64,000 nt of DNA from an uncultured Poribacteria bacterium (GCA_951813565.1 OX638351.1:288001-352000), one strand, 5' to 3'; counted from the first letter of the stretch, positions 50,349 to 60,970 are shown. Notes: generated from the sequence alone by a model not told the origin. Numbers and translations: made by a program.

Positions 50349-51125
50349 TTAATGTCCCTCCCCAAAAGTGCGTGGTGGATAACCGGTGTAATCAGATAAA
50401 AAGATAATTACGTCCCAAATTTCGTCTTCTGTTAAGTGATCTTCCCAGATTGGCATTGCTGAATTCCATGGCGTGCCAGCTGCAGGTAATCCGGGTCCAC
50501 CTTTACTAATCCTCCAAAAAAAGAAAGATTCTTGGAAATTTGGAATAACACCTGGGTCTTGGAAATTCGCTGGTAACGGATTCAGCGCGTCGGCAAAATG
50601 TCCCTTTCCATCCAGATGATCTCCGTGACAATAAAAACAGTTCTGATAGTAGACGCGCCTACCATTTTCCACGTGTGCTTTGAACGCCTCAGGATCATCC
50701 TTCTCCAAGTGACGATAAGGGTTTTCAACATCTTGCATTGAACCGATAACCTTATCCTTATATGTTAATTCAAGGGGCGGAGATGGATGTGCATCGCGCG
50801 GATCTCCTGGTGGATTGGCTTTTTGAGCAATATTAGTGTAGGTATATCCGAGTAGAAGGAGCGGTATCAACCCTGCCAACACGATACGCCGAACCCGTCG
50901 ATTCTCATCAACAAGCGTCTCGTGTATAGGACGAAGGAATTCCCGAAATCTTGTGTCTTCAACAGAGACATGCACCAAAATGGCGATGAGGACCAACCCC
51001 ATATACATCGAAATCACGCTACCTGGTATTGGCACAGAGATAACGCCGCCAACGACAAATTCCAAGAATACCCAACATGCAATAAAAATTACAAAACATA
51101 TTGTGAAAAGCGATATTCTTTTCAT
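50349..51125 (-). CDS. Membrane-bound monoheme cytochrome c
   Basis: Three N-terminal TM; YYQNCFYCHGD; SAMP distal Met. Confidence 0.85.
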   Translation of the reverse strand: MKRISLFTICFVIFIACWVFLEFVVGGVISVPIPGSVISMYMGLVLIAILVHVSVEDTRFREFLRPIHETLVDENRRVRRIVLAGLIPLLLLGYTYTNIAQKANPPGDPRDAHPSPPLELTYKDKVIGSMQDVENPYRHLEKDDPEAFKAHVENGRRVYYQNCFYCHGDHLDGKGHFADALNPLPANFQDPGVIPNFQESFFFWRISKGGPGLPAAGTPWNSAMPIWEDHLTEDEIWDVIIFLSDYTGYPPRTFGEGH

Positions 51126-51150
51126 GGGTTGTCTCCTTAGCGTTTCTTGG

Positions 51151-52665
51151 TTATTCCGTGACTTCTTCGACTGTATCAGTCGGTGCTGTTTCTTCTTCTG
51201 CTGTTTCGCCAGTCAACGTGCTTAAGAAAGCAAGTAAATCCGCCATATCCACTACCGTTAAGAGAATTGGAAAGTTATCTGGCATCGGTGATTTTACAAG
51301 TAACCTTTTACCATAGGCGAGTGCAATAATTACTTCCTCAATATCAAATGGATCAAAACTCTCTTCACCACCATCAACGATTATGACGATTTCATCGTCA
51401 TCTATTGTGCCTGACACGTGTTCTCCGACAGTCTGTTCTCCATCAAAGTCTATAAGCGTCATCTGCTTTTTGACATCTGTTTTTGACACTGTCTGCGTCT
51501 CGTCTCCAACTTTGAGTGTTACTGTGTCTTCGGTTTCCTCAACGATCTCACCACTCACGGGTGCGTCAGAATCAATGGGTGTTATTGTTAATGTGAAATA
51601 TCCATTAGCCAATAGATTCGATAGGTCCTCAATCGGTTCTTCATCAATGTCACTCAAAAGGATCGTGTATTCTTCTTCTGTACCGTCAGCTGCTTTTGTA
51701 CGGACAATAATCTTTTCGTCATCCTGCGAGACAAGTGTTCCTTCGTAGGTTATCCCTTTTGCATTTATCTTTACTGTGCCGTAACCACTCACAATTTGTG
51801 CATGTGGTTTTAGGATTGATTCCTCAATATATCGCAATTCGTTAAAGGCAGCAATTTCTGAGAGTTCTGGAGCAGTGACGACTTCAAAGTCTTCATTTGC
51901 CTCTCCTGCTTTAGGATTTTCTAATCCTTTTATCTCATGACAAGAAATGCATGCTGCCTCTATAAACACCTTTTTGCCTTCTTCAGGATCACCAGAAAGC
52001 AAGGGAGGCAGTGCTTCCGCTGTTGTTCCTATATCTGCCCTATCAATTGGTTCAATAAACGGCGTTGGGTCAATTTCGCTACCTTGGCTTTGTAGAAACG
52101 CTATGACTGCTTCAATCTCTAACTTTGTGAGTGCAATTGGATTTTTCCATATCTCCGGCATAATCTTACCGTACCCCGGCACCAAATATTTACCCGGATC
52201 ATACAAAGATTCAATTAGATAGGTCTTTGCATCCATGCCCGGCACGCGGTTTGCAGCGTTTATACCGATATCTGTCAAATCAGGACATCTGCCTGGCGGA
52301 GCCGAGGTGTCTAATGTATGACACGCATTACACTGTCCTTTACTGTTAAAAATGGCTGCACCTATTTCTGCTACAGCATCCGGATCGGTCCAATCTAATG
52401 TTGTTACAGTTCCCGATGCAGTTGATGTGTCCGGTACAAGTCCTGCTATAAAAGCGTAACACCATATTATACCAAGAGAAAACGACACCAATTTCATGAC
52501 TGGGAACCATACGACCATATTCACGATTACTGAAATTGTGAACCATACGGACCAAGGGAGTAAGTTCTCAGAAGCAATCGGAAAGGCTGGCGCCTTCGCC
52601 ACAAAGGCGACGAAACTCACTACCATTAAGATTAGTCCTATAATTTTAACGAGCGTGTTTTTCAT
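51151..52665 (-). CDS. Membrane-bound diheme cytochrome c with acidic beta-rich insert
   Basis: ATG 52665; N-terminal TMs; CNACH...IMP and CISCH...PMP. Confidence 0.82.
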   Translation of the reverse strand: MKNTLVKIIGLILMVVSFVAFVAKAPAFPIASENLLPWSVWFTISVIVNMVVWFPVMKLVSFSLGIIWCYAFIAGLVPDTSTASGTVTTLDWTDPDAVAEIGAAIFNSKGQCNACHTLDTSAPPGRCPDLTDIGINAANRVPGMDAKTYLIESLYDPGKYLVPGYGKIMPEIWKNPIALTKLEIEAVIAFLQSQGSEIDPTPFIEPIDRADIGTTAEALPPLLSGDPEEGKKVFIEAACISCHEIKGLENPKAGEANEDFEVVTAPELSEIAAFNELRYIEESILKPHAQIVSGYGTVKINAKGITYEGTLVSQDDEKIIVRTKAADGTEEEYTILLSDIDEEPIEDLSNLLANGYFTLTITPIDSDAPVSGEIVEETEDTVTLKVGDETQTVSKTDVKKQMTLIDFDGEQTVGEHVSGTIDDDEIVIIVDGGEESFDPFDIEEVIIALAYGKRLLVKSPMPDNFPILLTVVDMADLLAFLSTLTGETAEEETAPTDTVEEVTE

Positions 52666-52681
52666 CGTTTTTATTCTCCGT

Positions 52682-54616
52682 TTAATCATCACTCTCTGCA
52701 GGCACATCCGCTTCAATTGGCACTGCTGGCTGTTTTTTCTTATCACCCCACAGACTGAGCCAGAAGATAAACCCAACAAGTGCGAAGAAGATTACCATAA
52801 TGATCGCAACCATGTTCACAGCATCACCCAGAGCGGGCGTAAATGCGTCAACTGAGGTATCTTTCTGAACACCAAAGATATGCCACCCTTCACGAAGACC
52901 TGAACGCGCATACCCCATCAAACCCATCAGAGAAGTAAAAGTAATCGCAAGCAGAATCAAAACGTATTGAGACCGTTCCGTCATCTCTCCCCATTTGATA
53001 GTGCCTGACATGGTGGCTTTTCGATACATGAAAATATCAAGTATTGTTACGACAACCATAACACCGAGTGCAGCCATCACCTGCCAAGGTGTCAATACAT
53101 TAACACGCGTATCCGTGGGAACTGCAAACCCAACAATACCGATGACGACAATTGAAACCACACCCAAAAAGAATATAGCCGAAATAGTGATATTGCCCAT
53201 GCCCTTCCAACCTACAATAGGTGTTTTACCGGAACGTCTATAAAAGAGAAAACTGAGGAAGGTCGTCAAAATGACAATATTTACCGCAGTATTTTTGGCT
53301 GTCATTAATCCGAAAAATCCAAGATGTGGGTGGTTTGAACCTCCCATTGCGCTCAGTTCAGAGGCAGAGGATATTTTGGAAAGCGTACGCGGTGTCATCC
53401 AGATAGCAACGCATATAACAATAATAGCAATCATATAAGGACGATAGCGCGCGTAGATCTCTGCACCTTGTATGCGTCCCATTCCTGACCAGAGATAGTA
53501 ATTCGCACCGATAAACAGTACTCCAATCATCACCGCCTGAATGATAAACAGCCAAGAGAAAAGACTACCCATCATATTGATGCCCATTGTGTTGTTGAAC
53601 ATGTAGATTTCTCTACCCAACCAATAACCGGCGAAAGGCAGTGGAATCAGTCCGCACAAAGCAATGAAGTTTCCGTTGTATCCCATCCAGTCATAGTGCG
53701 CTTTATCTTCTTTGGTTTTGGCAACGAGGAAACGGAATGCTGCGTATGCAGCTACAATGGAACCCCCAAAAGCGATGTTTCCGATGAGTCTATGGATATT
53801 GATCGGCATCCATGTAAAATTGCTGACCGCGTCCCATACTGTGCCTAAGAATTCACCTGTGGTTTCGTCGTGAAGTGAGACTACAGTAGAATCAATCTGT
53901 TTTAGTGCTGCGGCCTCGGTTAACTCAGGATCCTTTGCTAACAATTCTGCTACCAATTCTTCCTTATTAAAATCAGTTAAATTTCCCTTGGCGGTATCAG
54001 ATAATTTTCCGTATTGTGTAGCAGGACTTGTCTGATAGGTGAGCCACGTATTTGATACAAACATGATCGCTGTGCCCCATACGTTTAATAGAACACCAAG
54101 GACCAGATGTACCCATTTAAAACGTCCCCGCATCCTATCCCAACCGTAGGAATAGAGGTAAAGTGTAAAAGTTTCCGCGAAGAACAGTCCCACATAAAAA
54201 ATCATCGTCGGACCGAAGATCCCGCTCAACTTGTTCATTACCTTCGGATAACACCATATCAATATAAAGACAAGAACGCCACCGAGTAACGCTGTTGTTG
54301 AAAATGCACCCATACAGAGTTTGATAAACTCTTTTGCCATTCGGTCGTACCGTTCTTCCTTTGTCCTCCATCCGATAAACTCAATAATAACGGCAAACAT
54401 TGGTACACCAAGGATAAAAGAACCGAACAACAGATGTAGCTGCGCGGCAATCCAAGCCGCGTTTCGGCTACCGATCATCGGGAACGGACGATATTCTGCA
54501 TCAGTCGTATCCTGTGCGAATGCTGGCACAACTGCTAACAACACAAAACCGAGCAGCATAAAACCGAGTATGAAATAGATTCTCTTTTTAGTTATAAGAG
54601 AAGAACAACAACGCAT
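52682..54616 (-). CDS. Cytochrome bd oxidase subunit I-like protein (divergent CydA, no CydB adjacent)
   Basis: QLHLLFGSFILG, STTALLG, FFAETF.LYLY..GW, NIHR.IGN, LMGYARSGLR..W; many TM; start codon uncertain (54616 or 54631). Confidence 0.8.
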   Translation of the reverse strand: MRCCSSLITKKRIYFILGFMLLGFVLLAVVPAFAQDTTDAEYRPFPMIGSRNAAWIAAQLHLLFGSFILGVPMFAVIIEFIGWRTKEERYDRMAKEFIKLCMGAFSTTALLGGVLVFILIWCYPKVMNKLSGIFGPTMIFYVGLFFAETFTLYLYSYGWDRMRGRFKWVHLVLGVLLNVWGTAIMFVSNTWLTYQTSPATQYGKLSDTAKGNLTDFNKEELVAELLAKDPELTEAAALKQIDSTVVSLHDETTGEFLGTVWDAVSNFTWMPINIHRLIGNIAFGGSIVAAYAAFRFLVAKTKEDKAHYDWMGYNGNFIALCGLIPLPFAGYWLGREIYMFNNTMGINMMGSLFSWLFIIQAVMIGVLFIGANYYLWSGMGRIQGAEIYARYRPYMIAIIVICVAIWMTPRTLSKISSASELSAMGGSNHPHLGFFGLMTAKNTAVNIVILTTFLSFLFYRRSGKTPIVGWKGMGNITISAIFFLGVVSIVVIGIVGFAVPTDTRVNVLTPWQVMAALGVMVVVTILDIFMYRKATMSGTIKWGEMTERSQYVLILLAITFTSLMGLMGYARSGLREGWHIFGVQKDTSVDAFTPALGDAVNMVAIIMVIFFALVGFIFWLSLWGDKKKQPAVPIEADVPAESDD

Positions 54617-54692
54617 TTTCGTTTCTCTCAATTGTTAGAAAATACCCTCAAAGGACGAAATTTGCTATCCTTTGAATAAGAAAGGTGAACGT

Positions 54693-55463
54693 CTATTTTT
54701 TCTTAGGCGGTTTAAATTCAGAAGCTTTGAAATCCACCTTTAAATCACCGCTCTCAGGAACTTCAACGGTTTTATTTGCTGAACCGAGTTTTTCATGCCA
54801 CACAACTACGCGCGCTCTACCTGCCGGAACATCTTTTATGGTATATTTACCGGTGTCATCTGATTTTTCATAATCATCTGGATGAATCCAGTTATCCTTA
54901 TCATCTTTCTGTCCGGTTACCGTATAATAGTTGCTATTAACAGCGACAATATAACCGCTCATCCAAGCATGAATATCACAGGTCAACTTGATTTCTTCTG
55001 CTTTCGTAATTTCGTATGGGATGATTATCCCTTTTTTTGGTATCTGGAAGTTTTTTGCTTCGTTCTTGGTCGCATGAGAGTGAACATTGTGCGCAACGGG
55101 GTCGTTAGAAGTAACATCTACGGTAACCCCAACAGGGACCGCGATGACATGCGGTAAATAACGGCAATCCTTCTGGTCAACTGTAGGATTTTTTTCGGGC
55201 ATTTTGAGTTCCCCGCCTCCACGAACGCGCGCGTAAATCACAACATTTTGAATGCCTTTTCCTTTTGATACAACAAGTTCCTCAGATTTTGCACCTTTTG
55301 TAGCATCAATACAGTGTTTTTCCTGTGTGTTGATTGCCAGTGCTTTGCGTGTAGTCGGATCGCTTTTATCATAGGTTACTGTTCCAGTGATATTAGCTGC
55401 AAAAGCAATACTCGTCATTGTGCCACAAATAAGTAGCGCGATGATGGATTTAAGATTTTTCAT
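54693..55463 (-). CDS. Secreted cupredoxin-like / carboxypeptidase-regulatory-like domain protein (paralog A)
   Basis: Signal peptide; DQKDC.Y.PHV, HNVH, CDIHAWM, VPAG.....WHE. Confidence 0.75.
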   Translation of the reverse strand: MKNLKSIIALLICGTMTSIAFAANITGTVTYDKSDPTTRKALAINTQEKHCIDATKGAKSEELVVSKGKGIQNVVIYARVRGGGELKMPEKNPTVDQKDCRYLPHVIAVPVGVTVDVTSNDPVAHNVHSHATKNEAKNFQIPKKGIIIPYEITKAEEIKLTCDIHAWMSGYIVAVNSNYYTVTGQKDDKDNWIHPDDYEKSDDTGKYTIKDVPAGRARVVVWHEKLGSANKTVEVPESGDLKVDFKASEFKPPKKK

Positions 55464-55540
55464 CGTTTTTTCTCCTTATATTATTCTTGTTTATTATATT
55501 AACACCTTAAGATTTATAAAGGCAAACCCTTAAAAACAAA

Positions 55541-55557
55541 CATCACGGATATCCGTG
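55541..55557. promoter_or_regulatory. Candidate operator CATCACGGATATCCGTG, copy 1
   Basis: Perfect 14-bp palindrome; identical 17-mer at 61554-61570. Confidence 0.6.
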
Positions 55558-55561
55558 CGTT

Positions 55562-55918
55562 TTAAGGGCGAAAGGTTACTTTTATGTATTCAAGAAGTTC
55601 TTGTTGTTCTTCTTTGCTGAGATAGTAGTGGAAGGCAGGCATATCATTTTTTCCATCACGGATGCTTTCAAGGAGCTGCGCATCGTCGTGCATTGCCCAC
55701 AAATTGCTATCTGTTAGATCGGCGGGGTCTAATTTTTTGAAACGACCAATTCTCCCGTTGCCCTCACCGCTGTTTCCGTGACAACCCGCGCAGTATCTTG
55801 CATATTTGTATTCTACTTCTGTCCGATACTTTGTGCTGGGATCAACCTGTTTCCCTAACCAGACGAACCCGTTAAGCCACACAAGGATCATGACGATTAC
55901 AATCAGTAGATGTTTCAT
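55562..55918 (-). CDS. Small monoheme class I cytochrome c
   Basis: CAGCHG..G.G.G, MPAF; N-terminal hydrophobic anchor. Confidence 0.85.
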   Translation of the reverse strand: MKHLLIVIVMILVWLNGFVWLGKQVDPSTKYRTEVEYKYARYCAGCHGNSGEGNGRIGRFKKLDPADLTDSNLWAMHDDAQLLESIRDGKNDMPAFHYYLSKEEQQELLEYIKVTFRP

Positions 55919-55963
55919 AGGACGGAACTCCCTTAGTAGGGACGAATTCAATCCGTTCCTACA

Positions 55964-58900
55964 CTAACGACTTAACGATATTAGATAATCCCGCACCAAC
56001 TGAATCTGTTTTTCAGCATCACTCCCAGCATAATCTTCGTATGGCAGATGTTGTCCGCCGACAATAGGCCATGCTTGTGGCATCGCAGTTCCGGGTTGGA
56101 ATCTTTGCGGATCCTTCAACCAGTCAATAAGCCAATCCGCTTTCAGTCGTTCTTTCGCTAATGAGAGGTCAGGTCTTCCTGCCTTATCGCTACCATCAGG
56201 AATAACTTCGCCTTGTGAAGGATGACATGAATCACATTTCAGTTCGTCAAAAATTTGTTTGCCGATGCGCAATTCCGCAAGTGTAGACATGGGCGGTTCA
56301 AGTGTCTCGTAGGGGAAAGGTTCATCATCTAATGCAGCGAAGTATTTGACAAGGGTTGTCGCTTCTTCGTCTGACATGTCAAATGTGGGCATACGCACCT
56401 TGAGACCGTAGCGTATGTCGGAAGGGTTTTTGAGGAATTCAAACAACCAATCAGGATAAACTCTTGCACCTTCGGCTTGTAAGGTAGGTGGTGCAAGTTG
56501 CTTCGCAGTGATTTGATCTAATCCTTCGTGCGCGATGATTACATCACGATAATCTCCGCCTTCACCTTCAATCTCGTGGCATCCTGTACAGTTGTATTTC
56601 TTAACTACGCGTCTACCAGCATCAATCTGCTTCTGTTTCTCAACACGATGCGGTTCAACTGCATGATCAAAGATATAATTCAGCGGATATTTCTCTGGTT
56701 GGAAACTTTTCAATAGCACGGCGATTGCCTTTGCGTCCTCATCGTTGTCTTCATCGTTGAGTTTCTGGAAAACAGGCATACGTGAAACGATGCGGCGCGT
56801 TTGGTAACGTCGTGGATTGGTAATCTTACCAATTGTCCAATCGTGCCAACTATGCTTGATATCCGTGGTATCCCCGAAGTCAAGTTCTTCGGCAAGTTTT
56901 GCACCGAATTCGCCAAGATCAGCACCAACTTTCGACTCATTTTCAAACCCTGAGATTTCGTGACAACCGAAACATCCATAAGTCCTAACAAGTTTTTCAC
57001 CTTCGTCAACAAGTGCTTCGCCTATTGAAGTAGAAACTACGGTGGGGGATGATTTCTGTAGATTCATTAGATACGCGACAACGTTGTCAATTTCCCGTTT
57101 GCTCAAACGCAAACTCGGCATAGCAGTATCTGGATCATAAGATTTTGGATTATCAATCCATTGTCGGAGGTAGGTTGGTGTAACTTTTGTCCCAACGCTG
57201 TCCAGCGCGGGAGCGAAATCGCTACCTAAATCATCAACTTTATGACATGTTAGACATCCGACAGTTTTTACAGTCTCTTCACCTGCCTTAATCGCGCTTT
57301 CAGATTTAGAATATGTGCTTTGTGAAGCATCCAAGGTTTGATCGTTCATCTCTGCGAGATAGACGGCTATAGATTTTACCTCGTCAACTATACGCAAGAC
57401 AGCATCTTTAGCGTAACGATGCTCTGTGCCATCATCTGCCTTAATAATATAACCAGTTTCAGTTTCAGTGACGACACCGTTGCGCTGTCCGCCATTCTTA
57501 AAGTAAACGAGTTGACTCATGCCTTCCGCCGGGAAAAAGTTCGGCATGGTAGTATTCGGGAGATACGCTTCGGGTTTTTTTATCCAATTCTCAAGCCACG
57601 CAATATCTTGTACTTTACTTCCGACCTTTTCCAGTGAGGGACCGACTTTTTGAATTTTATCAAGCGCGCTATATCCTTCTACTGCGTGACAGCCATGGCA
57701 TCCGAGGTCTTCAAAGAGTGCCATCCCCTTTGTAAGATTTTCTGCGTAGTCTTTTGGTGCGTTTGTTTCAGGATCCACACCGAAGTCTAACTTCATAACA
57801 CCATCGTGGCAACGCCGACAATTAGACTCCATGTATCCCTTTTTCTCTTTGGATTTTCTTTCCGTGACTTTGCCTTTTTCGTCTTCGACTCTTTCCATCC
57901 CAAGCACAGGTGTGAGCCAGTATTCAGCATGTGTTAAAGCATGGGCGGATTTCGCAGTCAACCCATGTCCCTGCCCGCCGTGGCAAGGTGTACAACCGAA
58001 TCTTTCAAGCGGATGTTTGGCAAGCAGGACATCTCTATACGGATGCGTTTGGAGTACTCCACGGTAGTCTGTTTCATAAGAAATTTCAACTTCTCCAAAA
58101 ACATCAGGGTCATTGAAAGTCAGGAGACCGTTTTCTGACAATTCGTATTCATCTGTTTCAGCATCAAAACCATCAATAACAATTGTCTCACTACCGGATT
58201 TGACTTTTGGATGTTTGAGTTGATATTTAACGGGATTTTCACCGTCGCCCTCTACTTCAAAAGTCTCTTGCGCTTCAGTTTCATAGCCGCTCTTATCAAC
58301 AGCGAAATGGCAAGTTGCGCACCTATCCGCGGTATAATCAAACTCTTCAAGATAGTATTGAACGATTGTCCGTGTCTCTCTAAAGGGGTTTTCTAACAAA
58401 CTTCCAAGGAAATTCCGCTTAATACCGCCAACATCCGCTAACTTTTCCTCAAGACGTGCGACTGAATCAAATTGGGCTTTATCGGCCTCAAGAGAGGCAG
58501 CTGCTTCTTGTGCAGCAATAATTCCGTTAGCGATTTCAGTGTCTTCGGGTTTGTATTTTTGTGCGATTAGGTAGGTGCTAAGTGCATTTGTTGGATCGCC
58601 ACTGTTTTGATAAAAATCGGCAAGTGCTTTATTAACGTCAGCGAATTCAGCTTCAGCTTTTAGGACAGCAGAAGTCAGTTCACCTTCAATCCGTTTTTCA
58701 TACTCATCTAATTTCTCTTTCCATTTTTTGACTGTTTCAGTGTGTTCGCCGTGCGCCTCGTGTAGACTATGTTGATACTTGTAGTTTATTGCATCAGATT
58801 TGCTTTGCTCAAACTTGCGTTCTTGCAATGCTTCGTCTAATTCAACCTGCTTTGTATTAACTTCTTTTTCCAAGTTTCTCAACTGTTTCTCATCAACTTG

Positions 58901-59128
58901 AAGTGCGGTAGGTTTTTCAGGCAAGTTTTGCTTGGCATTTTCCAATTCTGCATTTGTTTTTTCGTACTCGTATTGATAGAAGTGTTGTTGAATTTCCTTC
59001 CATGGACGACGTGTAATCATCTCATCCCAGAAACCCCATATTGTCACCAATCCTAACAGTCCGGACAAAATAAAGAACAAAACAGAATATGATTTATTTT
59101 CAGCGGGAATCTCTTTTTTGCTCCTCAC
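55964..59128 (-). CDS. Membrane-anchored octaheme cytochrome c associated with the Rieske/b complex
   Basis: Eight CxxCH (CATCH, CTPCH, CRRCH, CHGCH, CLTCH, CFGCH, CTGCH, CDSCH); several MP distal-Met motifs; N-terminal TM and coiled coil; GTG 59128 after GGAGG (TTG 59146 is an alternative). Confidence 0.88.
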   Translation of the reverse strand: MRSKKEIPAENKSYSVLFFILSGLLGLVTIWGFWDEMITRRPWKEIQQHFYQYEYEKTNAELENAKQNLPEKPTALQVDEKQLRNLEKEVNTKQVELDEALQERKFEQSKSDAINYKYQHSLHEAHGEHTETVKKWKEKLDEYEKRIEGELTSAVLKAEAEFADVNKALADFYQNSGDPTNALSTYLIAQKYKPEDTEIANGIIAAQEAAASLEADKAQFDSVARLEEKLADVGGIKRNFLGSLLENPFRETRTIVQYYLEEFDYTADRCATCHFAVDKSGYETEAQETFEVEGDGENPVKYQLKHPKVKSGSETIVIDGFDAETDEYELSENGLLTFNDPDVFGEVEISYETDYRGVLQTHPYRDVLLAKHPLERFGCTPCHGGQGHGLTAKSAHALTHAEYWLTPVLGMERVEDEKGKVTERKSKEKKGYMESNCRRCHDGVMKLDFGVDPETNAPKDYAENLTKGMALFEDLGCHGCHAVEGYSALDKIQKVGPSLEKVGSKVQDIAWLENWIKKPEAYLPNTTMPNFFPAEGMSQLVYFKNGGQRNGVVTETETGYIIKADDGTEHRYAKDAVLRIVDEVKSIAVYLAEMNDQTLDASQSTYSKSESAIKAGEETVKTVGCLTCHKVDDLGSDFAPALDSVGTKVTPTYLRQWIDNPKSYDPDTAMPSLRLSKREIDNVVAYLMNLQKSSPTVVSTSIGEALVDEGEKLVRTYGCFGCHEISGFENESKVGADLGEFGAKLAEELDFGDTTDIKHSWHDWTIGKITNPRRYQTRRIVSRMPVFQKLNDEDNDEDAKAIAVLLKSFQPEKYPLNYIFDHAVEPHRVEKQKQIDAGRRVVKKYNCTGCHEIEGEGGDYRDVIIAHEGLDQITAKQLAPPTLQAEGARVYPDWLFEFLKNPSDIRYGLKVRMPTFDMSDEEATTLVKYFAALDDEPFPYETLEPPMSTLAELRIGKQIFDELKCDSCHPSQGEVIPDGSDKAGRPDLSLAKERLKADWLIDWLKDPQRFQPGTAMPQAWPIVGGQHLPYEDYAGSDAEKQIQLVRDYLISLSR

Positions 59129-59210
59129 GAAATGTATAACCTCCAAGTCAGTCGATATTTATAAACACGTTGAGAACAAGACGTTAATTCCTAATCTTTA
59201 CCATAGAAAA

Positions 59211-60077
59211 TTAGATGTTAAACCAGGGCGATACCCAAACATATTTCACATTCAATGCCAACCGAAGAATCATTTTTATCGGAAGTGCAATCATACTTAA
59301 AAACAGGAATGAAACGATGACATATCGAATAAGTCCAAGTTCTTGTAAAAAGCGGCTACTTTTGCTTTTCCAAAAATAGAAAATTGGTCCGAGTGCGAAA
59401 TAACCAGCGACGACAGCAAAACCGAAGAAATTCGCTGTTGTGTCATCTCTAATCCCAAAGAGATAGGATAGGTTAACATTGGTTAATGGTACGATCTTAT
59501 GCGGATCCCAATACTGCCACGGCATAAATATGTTCCATCCTGGCCCTCTTAAGAAAGTTCCGACTATCATCAAGACAATCCATAGAATAATAAATCCGAA
59601 GCAGAACACAGAAAGCGCAAACGGCCTTTCTTTGATCGTATAATACCCTTTTCCTTTAGGGTTTATGTCAATATAGGGGATAGCAATAAGACCTACAATA
59701 ATGAAACCAGGTAGAACAACACCTGCGATCCATGGGTCGAAGTAGACCAACATCTCTTGGAGCGCGAGAAAGTACCAGGGGGCTTTGGAGGGATTAGGTG
59801 TTTTCGCGGGATCACTTGGTTCTTCAAGCGGTGCATCAATCATAATTGACCAAACACCCAGCACTAACATCACTATAATTGCACAGATAAATTCGTTCCG
59901 ACACAGATATGGCCAGACGTAAACCTTGTCGTTAAGTGCAGCATCCGAAGGTACACCTGTGCGATCAGTCTGGCGCGCCTGTTTATATGCTAACCACATA
60001 AAATAGGGTATCAAAAAGAGTATTGCCAGAATCGGAACATTATCAGGTTTCTGTACCAGTGCTAAAAAATACTCCAT
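59211..60077 (-). CDS. Cytochrome b C-terminal / subunit IV-like protein
   Basis: VWPYL, APLEEPSDP..TPNPSKAPWYF (PEWY-equivalent), PYID. Confidence 0.85.
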   Translation of the reverse strand: MEYFLALVQKPDNVPILAILFLIPYFMWLAYKQARQTDRTGVPSDAALNDKVYVWPYLCRNEFICAIIVMLVLGVWSIMIDAPLEEPSDPAKTPNPSKAPWYFLALQEMLVYFDPWIAGVVLPGFIIVGLIAIPYIDINPKGKGYYTIKERPFALSVFCFGFIILWIVLMIVGTFLRGPGWNIFMPWQYWDPHKIVPLTNVNLSYLFGIRDDTTANFFGFAVVAGYFALGPIFYFWKSKSSRFLQELGLIRYVIVSFLFLSMIALPIKMILRLALNVKYVWVSPWFNI

Positions 60078-60135
60078 ATCTTAAATTTGGTCTCCTTCTA
60101 AAGGTGCGTAAAAACAAATTACCGCAATAGTCGAT

Positions 60136-60909
60136 TTATAGAGGTCCAGATATTCCGCCATCTTTACGGACACGCCAGAAATGCAACGCCATCAGTAGAC
60201 TTGCTACCAAAGGCACAGCAATACAGTGCAAAATATAGAATCTTAATAACGTTGATGGACCAACGATTGTCCCGCCAAGCAAAGCAAATCGGACATCGTT
60301 TGCTTGGGTAACAATGTCAGTTGGTGTGAATGGGCCTTCATGTCCTAAAACAGGGGTGGCACGTGCCATATTCGTTCCGACTGTAACTGCCCAATAAGCG
60401 AGTTGGTCCCACGGTAATAAGTAACCGGTGAAACTCAGAAAAAATGTAATAAGTAATAAGATAACGCCTACTGCCCAATTGAATTCACGCGGTTTTTTGT
60501 AGGAACCTGTCAAAAAGACTCGGAACATGTGCAGCATTACGGAAATAACCATACCGTGTGCTGCCCAGCGGTGCATGTTACGTAGGAGCATACCGAAAGG
60601 AATGTCAAATTCGAGAGCTTGTACATCACGGAAAGCATATTCGGCTACCGGGCGGTAGTAGAACATCAATAGCACGCCTGTGACAGCTGTTACAAGGAAC
60701 ATCAAAAAGGTGATGCCACCCATACACCATGTGAATCGGAAATTTAGTGCGTGGCGAGAAATACGAGGCGGATGTAAATGCAACCACACGTTTTGCAAAA
60801 CCTGCAACGTGTAACGGCGACCAGTGTTTTCATAACCGTGGCGAAAAATAGATTTCCAAATATCCGAATTTGTAATCTTTTCTTTTAGTCCTTTACGTTC
60901 TTCGTTCAT
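60136..60909 (-). CDS. Cytochrome b6-type (split cytochrome b N-terminal) subunit
   Basis: WCMGG, RNMHRWAAH, LHMFRVF, KPREFNW, GYLLPWDQ, RFYILHC, HFWRVRKDGGISGPL. Confidence 0.93.
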   Translation of the reverse strand: MNEERKGLKEKITNSDIWKSIFRHGYENTGRRYTLQVLQNVWLHLHPPRISRHALNFRFTWCMGGITFLMFLVTAVTGVLLMFYYRPVAEYAFRDVQALEFDIPFGMLLRNMHRWAAHGMVISVMLHMFRVFLTGSYKKPREFNWAVGVILLLITFFLSFTGYLLPWDQLAYWAVTVGTNMARATPVLGHEGPFTPTDIVTQANDVRFALLGGTIVGPSTLLRFYILHCIAVPLVASLLMALHFWRVRKDGGISGPL

Positions 60910-60970
60910 TATCTTCCTTTTTCAGTCTGATGATGCATAGCATCCCTCAGACACAATGAATTCCTCCCGA

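Noticed and set aside
27519..60909. Phototrophy suggested by PCP_red domains and cytochrome b6
   Set aside because: No bch/chl catalytic subunits, reaction centre or cytochrome f genes; both elements occur in non-phototrophs.
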